DNA from: Aestuariivita sp.
Lineage (GTDB): Bacteria > Pseudomonadota > Alphaproteobacteria > Rhodobacterales > Rhodobacteraceae
Length of the DNA stretch: 64,000 bases
Direction of reading: 5' to 3'
Assembly (NCBI GenBank): GCA_018401465.1
Contig: JAGYKE010000004.1
Coordinates: 1,207,857 to 1,271,856, forward strand
Shown: positions 17,849 to 24,832 of the stretch, in pieces
Layout: every line of letters starts with the position of its first letter
Position numbering within the stretch: the first letter of the stretch is position 1
Program-made: the position numbers and the translations under genes
The notes under the pieces: model-generated
What the model was told of the DNA's origin: nothing
Seen by the model: the letters and a program-made list of their open reading frames with translations, nothing else
The model's database searches: none

Positions 17849-18913
17849 TCACGCCGCTTCGTGGCTCAGGATGGCCGCCTCGGATGCGGTGAGGTTTCGC
17901 CGGGCGAAGCCACCATAGGCATGCGGGTCGAGATGCACCCCCGGCACGAGGGCCACAAGGCGGTCGCGGTCGCCGTCTTCCAGGGTGCTCAGCGATGCGC
18001 TGGCGGGGTGGAAGCTTTCGGCCTCGACCCCATTGGCCCAGATCACCGCGTGTCCCGGCAGGAGCAGATGCACATAGGTCACCTCGCGCACCTTGAGGTC
18101 GGTGAAGACGGTACGGTCGTTCACGAGGTCGCGCGCGGGCACCAGCACCTCGGGCGTGTTGAACAGCGCCTGCGCCGCCGCGCCCTTCACCAACATGCGG
18201 TGCGCGGGCGACACAAGCAGTTCCTGGTCCGGCCGGTCGATCCCCAGCGCGCCGGGGCGGAACCGGATCGGGCGCAGTTCCGGCATCACGAACATCCGCG
18301 CCCCGGTGATCCGCCGCGATCCGATCCAGAGCACCTCCTGCGGGCCGTTGTCGCGCGTCATCACCCGGTCGCCTTCGTGCAGGTCCTCGATGGCGGTGAC
18401 GCCGCCCGGCGTGCTGATCCGCGTGCCCGGCGTGAAGCAGATGACGCCGCCGCGGGCGGGATCGCGCGACGCGCTGCGCCTGCCCTGGAGCGAGGTATGG
18501 ACCACCCAGAGGTCACGGCCCCGGGACGGCAGGTCGTCGATGAACATCAGAAGCGGCGGTGTCGCCGGTCCGGTGTCGATGAGTGTCACCGTGTAGCTGG
18601 CCCTGCCGTCGGTGACGACAAAGCTGCAATCCATGATCGGTTCCCTGACCTCGACGCGGTCGAGATCGGTCTGATGTGCCAGCGCCGCGCCGACGAGGCG
18701 CCGCACCATCCGCGCCGCGTGGCGCCGCAGGTTGCTGTCGTTCTCATTCCGGTCCAGCCGCAGCACGCTGCCGGGGCCGTCGACCCGCAACGCGTCACCC
18801 GTCCAGGCCCAGGCCGCCCCCGCCACGAGGGCATCAAGGGGCGCAGCCGAAAGGCCGTCCAGTTCCGTCTGTGACCAGGAAATGACGAACGTGCCGGTAA
18901 AGCCCGTTCCCAT
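17849..18913 (-). CDS. Hint (Hedgehog/intein, bacterial intein-like) domain-containing protein
   Basis: From Cys159: CFTPGTRISTPGGVTAIEDLHEGDRVMTRDNGPQEVLWIG ... VHLLLPGHAVIWANGVEAESF, the typical Hint_2 N- and C-terminal blocks. The N-terminal 158 aa are unassigned. Confidence 0.8.
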   Translation of the reverse strand: MGTGFTGTFVISWSQTELDGLSAAPLDALVAGAAWAWTGDALRVDGPGSVLRLDRNENDSNLRRHAARMVRRLVGAALAHQTDLDRVEVREPIMDCSFVVTDGRASYTVTLIDTGPATPPLLMFIDDLPSRGRDLWVVHTSLQGRRSASRDPARGGVICFTPGTRISTPGGVTAIEDLHEGDRVMTRDNGPQEVLWIGSRRITGARMFVMPELRPIRFRPGALGIDRPDQELLVSPAHRMLVKGAAAQALFNTPEVLVPARDLVNDRTVFTDLKVREVTYVHLLLPGHAVIWANGVEAESFHPASASLSTLEDGDRDRLVALVPGVHLDPHAYGGFARRNLTASEAAILSHEAA

Positions 18914-18983
18914 GCCTATGTATCTGCCTCAAGTTTTTTTATTAATGCGATGATAACAGACACGATTCTTCTGGCAAAGAATT

Positions 18984-19003
18984 TCTTTCCACATGTGGAA
19001 AGA
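18984..19003. promoter_or_regulatory. 20-bp perfect palindrome in the Hint/hisC divergent promoter region (candidate operator)
   Basis: tctttccaca|tgtggaaaga is exactly self-complementary. It sits in an AT-rich stretch 71 nt upstream of the Hint gene start. Confidence 0.4.
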
Positions 19004-19138
19004 TTGCGGGAACGGAATGTCTGCCCTGTGGATATCGGGCCCGGGATTTGTCCACAGACGCCTTGCGGTCGCAGCCCGTGCAAGGTGCTGGTCATGGACC
19101 GGGCCAAAGGATAAGACGCCCGCACAAGGAGATTGATC

Positions 19139-20221
19139 ATGCCCGCGATCACGCCACAGCCCGGGATCATGGATATCGCCCTCTATGAAGGGGGCGAGTC
19201 GAAGATCGACGGTGTCGCCGATGTGCTGAAACTGTCGTCGAACGAGAACCCCTTCGGCGCGAGTCCCGAGGCGGTGGCTGCCGTCGCCGCCGCCGCCGCG
19301 CAGATGCACCGCTATCCTTCGATCGACCACGCCGCGCTGCGCCGGGTCATTGGCGATGTGCATGGTCTCGATCCTGACCGGTTGATCCTGGGCGTGGGGT
19401 CTGACGAATTGCTGACACTGATCGCGCAGGCCTATGCCGGACCGGGCGACGAGGTGCTCTATCCCGTGCACGGGTTTTCCTATTATCCGATCGTTGCGCG
19501 CGCCGCGGGGGCGACGCCCGTCACGGCGCCCGAGACCGAGCGCCGCGTCGATGTCGATGCGATGCTTGCCGCGGTGACGCCCTGCACGCGGCTGGTCTTT
19601 GTCGCGAACCCGGCCAATCCGACCGGCACCATGATCGGGGCTGACGCCGTCGCCCGGCTGGCCGCTGGCCTGCCCGATCGCTGCCTGCTGGTGCTGGACG
19701 GGGCTTATGCGGAGTATGTCGACGGTTTCGACGGGGGCGCGGCGCTGGTCGATGCCCATGACCGCGTGGTCATGACGCGCACCTTCTCCAAGCTGTACGG
19801 GTTGGGCGGGCTGCGCGTTGGCTGGGCCTATGCGCCGCGCGCCATCATCGATGTACTGAACCGCGTGCGCGGGCCGTTCAACCTGTCGAACGTGGCGCTG
19901 GCCGGGGCCGAAGCCGCGATGCGCGACCGCGCCTTCGCCGAGACCTGCCGCGAGATCAATGCAACCGAACGCACGCGCCTGACCGGGGGGCTGCGCCAGC
20001 TGGGCATCGCCTGCGACGACAGTTTTGCGAATTTCGTGCTCGCGCGCTTCGCGGACGAGGCCGAGGCCGCCGCCGCTGATGCGCATCTGAAATCCGAAGG
20101 CATCCTTGTGCGGCGGGTGAAGGGCTACGGCTTTCCCGAGGCGCTGCGCATCACGGTGGGCCGACCCGAAGACGTGACCCGCGTGTTGTCGGCGCTGGGC
20201 CGGTTCCGGGGGCAGGGATGA
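19139..20221 (+). CDS. hisC: Histidinol-phosphate aminotransferase
   Basis: MPAITPQPGIMDIALYEGG...LKLSSNENPFG plus class-II aminotransferase length. AAGGAG lies 7 nt upstream of ATG 19139. Confidence 0.9.
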   Translation: MPAITPQPGIMDIALYEGGESKIDGVADVLKLSSNENPFGASPEAVAAVAAAAAQMHRYPSIDHAALRRVIGDVHGLDPDRLILGVGSDELLTLIAQAYAGPGDEVLYPVHGFSYYPIVARAAGATPVTAPETERRVDVDAMLAAVTPCTRLVFVANPANPTGTMIGADAVARLAAGLPDRCLLVLDGAYAEYVDGFDGGAALVDAHDRVVMTRTFSKLYGLGGLRVGWAYAPRAIIDVLNRVRGPFNLSNVALAGAEAAMRDRAFAETCREINATERTRLTGGLRQLGIACDDSFANFVLARFADEAEAAAADAHLKSEGILVRRVKGYGFPEALRITVGRPEDVTRVLSALGRFRGQG

Positions 20222-21138
20222 GCGTGATCTACGACCGTGTCGCCCTGATCGGACTGGGGCTGATCGCGTCGTCCATGTACTGGGCGATCAAGCGCGCGGG
20301 CCTCGCGGGTGAGGTGACGGGTTATGCGCGATCGCCCGAGACCCGCGCCACCGCGCGCGAGATCGGACTGTGCGACCGCATCTGCGACACCGCCGCCGAG
20401 GCGGTGGAGGGCGCCGATCTTGTCGTGCTCTGCGTGCCGGTGGGGGCCATGGGCGACGTCGCGGCCGAACTGGCATCCGTGCTCAAGCCCGGTGCGACCC
20501 TGTCCGACGTCGGATCGGTCAAGCGCCACGTGATCGACGCGGTCGCGCCGCATGTTCCCGAAGGCGTGCATTTCGTGCCTGCCCACCCCTTGGCCGGGAC
20601 GGAACATTCCGGGCCCCGGTCGGGCTTTGCCGAGCTGTTCGACAACCGCTGGTGCCTGCTGGTGCCGGTCGCGGGCAGCGATGCGGGCGCGGTCGACCGG
20701 CTTGCGCGGCTTTGGCGCGGCATGGGGTCGAATGTCGATGTGATGGATGCCGATCACCATGATCTGGTTCTGGCCGTCACCAGCCATGCGCCACATCTCA
20801 TCGCCTATACGATGGTGGGCGTCGCCGACGATCTGCGCCGCGTGACGGACAGCGAAGTGATCAAGTATTCCGCCGCGGGCTTCCGTGACTTCACCCGCAT
20901 CGCCGCAAGCGATCCGACCATGTGGCGCGACGTGTTCCTGACGAACAAGGACGCGACGCTGGAAATTCTGGGCCGTTTCACGGAAGAGCTGTTCGCGCTG
21001 CAGCGCGCGATCCGCACCGGGGACGGGCAGCTGTTGTTTGACTATTTCACCCGCACCCGCGCGATACGTCGCGGTATCATTCAAGCGGGCCAAGACACCG
21101 CCGCCCCGGATTTCGGGCGCGGCAAGGGAGGGACATGA
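20218..21138 (+). CDS. tyrC: Prephenate/arogenate (cyclohexadienyl) dehydrogenase
   Basis: Rossmann start VALIGLGLIASS and the HPLAGTEHSGP catalytic motif. ATGA overlap with hisC. Confidence 0.85.
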   Translation: MSVIYDRVALIGLGLIASSMYWAIKRAGLAGEVTGYARSPETRATAREIGLCDRICDTAAEAVEGADLVVLCVPVGAMGDVAAELASVLKPGATLSDVGSVKRHVIDAVAPHVPEGVHFVPAHPLAGTEHSGPRSGFAELFDNRWCLLVPVAGSDAGAVDRLARLWRGMGSNVDVMDADHHDLVLAVTSHAPHLIAYTMVGVADDLRRVTDSEVIKYSAAGFRDFTRIAASDPTMWRDVFLTNKDATLEILGRFTEELFALQRAIRTGDGQLLFDYFTRTRAIRRGIIQAGQDTAAPDFGRGKGGT

Positions 21139-21962
21139 GGCGGCTTCTGCTGGTGATCTCTGTCTTTCTGGGCGTGGTGCCCGCGCTGGCCGATGCGCCT
21201 GACCGTTCGCTCCGCCCCATTCCGCGGCCCGCGACACTGCCCGCGGGCGTGACGCTTCTGCCGACCGAAGCCATCCCGCGCCCGCGTGCGCGCCCGGCCA
21301 ACCTGCGACCCGCCGCAGCCCCTGCGGCCCGGCCCGGAGCCACCGTTCCCAGCGTGTCAGCCGTCGCCTCTTCGCCCCGCCCCGAAGCGCGGCCCCGGAA
21401 CCTGATTGACCGGCTGACCCGACGCCAGACCCGCGCGCCTGCAGGGTCGGTCTGCAGCGACCCGGCGATCAAGGGTGAGCGCATCGGCGCCGTGCCGGGC
21501 CCCATCGCGGGCTGCGGGATCGAGGATGCGGTGCGCATCACGTCCGTCGCGGGGGTGCGTCTCAGCCAGCCCGCCACCGTCGATTGCGCGACCGCGAAGG
21601 CCTTGCACCGCTGGGTCGAAAACGGCGTGCAGCTGTCGCTGCGTCCCAAGGGGCAGGTCGTGGAACTGCGCGTCGCCGCCAGCTATGTCTGCCGTACCCG
21701 CAACAACCAGCCGGGGGCGCGCATTTCCGAACACGGGCGCGGGCGCGCCATCGACATTTCGGGTTTCGTCATGGACGACGGCGAGGTGATCACCGTCCGC
21801 GACCATTGGAACAAGCGCGGCTACCGAAGCGAGATGCGCCGCCTGCACCGCACCGCCTGCGGCGTCTTCGGCACCGTGCTCGGCCCCGAAAGCGACCGCT
21901 TTCATAAAGATCATTTCCACTTCGACATCGCCCGTCACCGTAACGGGCCGTTCTGCCGCTAA
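21135..21962 (+). CDS. Secreted extensin-like C-terminal domain protein with an LAS/M15-type zinc-peptidase signature
   Basis: Signal peptide MRRLLLVISVFLGVVPALA and a Pro/Ala/Arg-rich linker. SEHGRGRAIDIS (SxHxxGxAxD) and HKDHFHFD (HxH) motifs are present. ATGA overlap with tyrC. Confidence 0.8.
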   Translation: MRRLLLVISVFLGVVPALADAPDRSLRPIPRPATLPAGVTLLPTEAIPRPRARPANLRPAAAPAARPGATVPSVSAVASSPRPEARPRNLIDRLTRRQTRAPAGSVCSDPAIKGERIGAVPGPIAGCGIEDAVRITSVAGVRLSQPATVDCATAKALHRWVENGVQLSLRPKGQVVELRVAASYVCRTRNNQPGARISEHGRGRAIDISGFVMDDGEVITVRDHWNKRGYRSEMRRLHRTACGVFGTVLGPESDRFHKDHFHFDIARHRNGPFCR

Positions 21963-22963
21963 CGCAGGATCAGTCGCGGCGCGGGGCCCAGCGGCAGAGG
22001 CCCAAGCGCCACGAAGCCGCCGCGCAGGTTCAGTTGCAGATCAAGCCGTTCGGGGTTGCCGCCGAGGCGTTCCAGCATGCTCAGGCTGCGCAGCGCGGCG
22101 TCGGCCGCCTGCGGCGGCAGCGCGCCCGAGCGTTCGGCCATGGCAAGCATTTCGCGCCAGTTCTCGGCCTTCACCGTGACGGTGCCTTCGGGCCGCCCCT
22201 CGGCATCGACGGTGAACCGGCCCGCCGCCATCAGGCGCAGTTCGCCCCAGGCGGCCTCGGCAAGGCGCAGGTCGACCTCGCGGGGCTGGGGCCGGGCGGT
22301 TTCGATCGCGCTGCGGTCCCAGGGTTTGTCGAAGGTCACGCGTGCGTCGAGGGTGAAGACCTCGAACGCAGGCGGCAGGCTGCGCGAGATGCGCGCCGCC
22401 TCGCGCAGGCCGGGGCCGGGCGACAGGGCTTCGCCGCTCAGCGACAGGGCATAGGTTTCGGGCGCGTCGCCCGACTGCTGCATCGACAGCGCCAGCGTGT
22501 CGGCCCGGATCAAGTCGCCGTCGGGCGCGATCACCGACCAAGGACCGGCGGTCAGCGCCAGTTTTTCGATCTCCAGCGCCAAGCCCGGGCGCAGCCGCAG
22601 GTCGGCCGCCATGCCTTCGGCCGTCAGATCGGCGGTGCGGTCGAACCAGGACAGCCTTTGCGCGGTGTCGGGAAAGCGCAGCGTGAGGTGCCCCGGCCAC
22701 GCCGCGCGGCTGTCAAGGGTGAGGGCATCCGCACTCCACGCCGCGCCGGTGGCGGGGTCTGCCAGCGCGGGCGCGTCGATCACCGTGACATGGCGCGCGG
22801 GAAAGCCGGTGGTCGTCATCTGCGCGTAATCGGCCTGCCAGCCGCGCGCGCCTTGCGCCGCGAACCACACGTCAAGCGATTGCCGCAAGCCCCAGCCCGC
22901 AGCCCACCACCAGGCCGACCAGCCCAGCGTCAAAACCAGCGCGATCCAGATCAGCCGCCGCAT
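21959..22963 (-). CDS. DUF2125-like membrane-anchored protein
   Basis: Start reset to MRRLIWIALVLTLGWSAWWWAAGW (ATG 22963, behind GGGGGGCGGAG). N-terminal anchor plus a long periplasmic-looking domain. Confidence 0.65.
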   Translation of the reverse strand: MRRLIWIALVLTLGWSAWWWAAGWGLRQSLDVWFAAQGARGWQADYAQMTTTGFPARHVTVIDAPALADPATGAAWSADALTLDSRAAWPGHLTLRFPDTAQRLSWFDRTADLTAEGMAADLRLRPGLALEIEKLALTAGPWSVIAPDGDLIRADTLALSMQQSGDAPETYALSLSGEALSPGPGLREAARISRSLPPAFEVFTLDARVTFDKPWDRSAIETARPQPREVDLRLAEAAWGELRLMAAGRFTVDAEGRPEGTVTVKAENWREMLAMAERSGALPPQAADAALRSLSMLERLGGNPERLDLQLNLRGGFVALGPLPLGPAPRLILR

Positions 22964-23030
22964 CTCCGCCCCCCTTTTCCCCATGCCTGCCTTGGTGTTT
23001 ATAGGCCGGGTTCGCGAAGGGCCAGCCGCC

Positions 23031-23561
23031 ATGACCATGTGGGTTTTCGGATACGGATCGCTGCTGTGGAACCCCGGGTTCCCGGTGGCCGAGGCGCGCG
23101 TCGCCACGCTGGGGGATTACGCGCGGTCCTTCTGCATGCGGTCGATCCACCATCGCGGCAGCGTGGCGCGGCCGGGGCTTGTCCTCGCGCTCGACCATGC
23201 GCCGGGGGCGGCGTGCCGGGGGCTTGGGCTGCGCGTTGCTCCGGGGGTCGAAGACCGCACGCTCGCCTATCTGCGCGAGCGGGAACTCATTTCGTCGGCC
23301 TATCTCGAACGCGAATTGCCGGTCCGCTTCGACGACGGCGGCATCGTCATCGCGCTGGTCTATGTGATCGACCCCGACCACGGCCAGTATTGCGGAGGCC
23401 TCAGCCTCGAGGATCAGGCTCAGATCATCGCGCAGGCGCACGGCGACCGGGGGCCCAATACCGAATATCTTTACAATACTGCGTCCCATCTGCACGAGAT
23501 CGGGCTTGCCGACCCCGATCTCGACTGGCTGAGCGACCGAGTTCGCGCGCTTGCGGGATAA
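23031..23561 (+). CDS. ChaC-family gamma-glutamylcyclotransferase
   Basis: MTMWVFGYGSLLWNPGF is the canonical ChaC/GGCT N-terminus. Confidence 0.85.
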   Translation: MTMWVFGYGSLLWNPGFPVAEARVATLGDYARSFCMRSIHHRGSVARPGLVLALDHAPGAACRGLGLRVAPGVEDRTLAYLRERELISSAYLERELPVRFDDGGIVIALVYVIDPDHGQYCGGLSLEDQAQIIAQAHGDRGPNTEYLYNTASHLHEIGLADPDLDWLSDRVRALAG

Positions 23562-23629
23562 GTCCTTGGCGCGGCCGCTGCTTTGGCTGTAGTCTGCCGG
23601 GCAAGAGCAGAACAGGTTCAGGCGGGACC

Positions 23630-24829
23630 ATGGCAAACCGTGCGGCCGAGATAAGGCCCCAGTTTTCACAGCCGATTCGGCAGATATTGACGATGTTGCT
23701 GGTGCTGGGCCTGTCGGGTCTGGGCGCGTTTCTTGCCCTGCCACAGGTTCTGCCGGTGTTCGAGGCGAACCCCTGGCTCAACGGGTTCATCTCGTTCGTC
23801 TTCGTCATCGGCGTCGTGGCCTGTTTCTGGCAGGTCATCCAGCTGATCGGTTGCGTGCGGTGGATCGAAAGCTTCGCCTCGGACGAAGGCGAACCGGCGG
23901 CTGCTGCACCCCGGCTTCTGGCGCCGCTCGCGTCGCTGCTGCGGGCGCGGGGCGCGCGCATGCAGCTCAACGCGACCTCGACGCGGTCGATCCTCGATTC
24001 CGTCGCGACCCGCATCGACGAGGCGCGCGAGATCACGCGCTATATCGTCAACCTTCTGATCTTCCTTGGCCTTCTGGGCACCTTCTACGGTCTCGCCACC
24101 ACGGTTCCGGCGGTCGTCGACACGATCCGCAGCCTTGCGCCGCAAGAAGGAGAAGGTGGCATCGATGTCTTCAACCGGCTGATGACCGGGCTCGAGGCGC
24201 AGCTGGGCGGCATGGGTGTCGCCTTTGCCTCGTCCCTGCTGGGGCTGGCGGGGTCGCTTGTCGTCGGGTTGCTCGAACTGTTCGCGGGCCATGGCCAGAA
24301 CCGCTTCTACCGCGAGCTCGAGGAATGGCTCTCTTCGATCACGCGCGTGAGTTATTCGACCGGAGAAGAGGCTGGCGGCGATCAGGTGGTGATGACGGGC
24401 GTGCTCGACCAGATGGCCGAGCAGATGGAGGCGCTCCAGCAGATGTTCACCCAGTCCGACATCAGCCGGTCGATGCTGGATGAACGGATGGGTGAGCTGG
24501 TCACCGCGATCGGCGCGATGGCGGCCCGTGCCGACTCCGAAACCGCCACCACCGTCGCGCTGACCCGCGTGGCGGACGGGCAGGACAGGATCGTCGAACT
24601 TCTGATCCAGCAGGCGACCGACGGCGTCGATGCCGAAAGCCGCATGCGCCTGCGGTCGATCGATTTTCAGGTGCTGCGCATCCTCGAGGAACTTTCTGCA
24701 GGGCGGCAGGAAACGCTGGCCATGCTGCGCAAGGACATCGACCGTGCGCTTGCCATGATGGACCAGCAGCCGCCCCGCGTGACGCTCATGACCCGCGCGA
24801 CGACGCCCCCGCCGGGCGAAGGGGGCTAG
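23630..24829 (+). CDS. MotA/TolQ/ExbB-family proton-channel protein (399 aa)
   Basis: TM helices and the MotA_ExbB core IVNLLIFLGLLGTFYGL...GVAFASSLLGLAGSLVVGLLE. Start ATG 23630; the upstream 530 aa of the track ORF are Arg/Gly/Pro junk antisense to other genes. Confidence 0.8.
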   Translation: MANRAAEIRPQFSQPIRQILTMLLVLGLSGLGAFLALPQVLPVFEANPWLNGFISFVFVIGVVACFWQVIQLIGCVRWIESFASDEGEPAAAAPRLLAPLASLLRARGARMQLNATSTRSILDSVATRIDEAREITRYIVNLLIFLGLLGTFYGLATTVPAVVDTIRSLAPQEGEGGIDVFNRLMTGLEAQLGGMGVAFASSLLGLAGSLVVGLLELFAGHGQNRFYRELEEWLSSITRVSYSTGEEAGGDQVVMTGVLDQMAEQMEALQQMFTQSDISRSMLDERMGELVTAIGAMAARADSETATTVALTRVADGQDRIVELLIQQATDGVDAESRMRLRSIDFQVLRILEELSAGRQETLAMLRKDIDRALAMMDQQPPRVTLMTRATTPPPGEGG

Positions 24830-24832
24830 ACC

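Noticed and set aside
18914-19132. Chromosomal replication origin (AT-rich stretch plus DnaA-box-like motifs), also considered for 47121-47431
   Set aside because: There are only 7-8 of 9 matches here and a single perfect box at 47346. No dnaA, dnaN, hemE or parAB context is present and gene orientation does not clearly switch in the window. GC skew cannot be judged by eye. An operator for a dimeric regulator is the simpler reading.
17849-21962. Both Hedgehog-related folds lie within 4 kb: a Hint (Hog-like) protein and an LAS-type (Hedge-like) zinc peptidase
   Set aside because: They are on opposite strands, separated by hisC-tyrC, and in different transcription units. Both folds are individually common in Alphaproteobacteria, so this is most likely coincidence.
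22034-23629. N-terminal 530 aa of the 931-aa track ORF that ends as the MotA-like protein
   Set aside because: The extension is antisense to the DUF2125 gene and out of frame across the ChaC gene, and it is Arg/Gly/Pro-rich. A clean ATG at 23630 gives a normal membrane-protein N-terminus. Similar over-extensions were trimmed for ubiA (53086-54693), prs, clpA, rpsD, pyrB, pyrC' and gloB.
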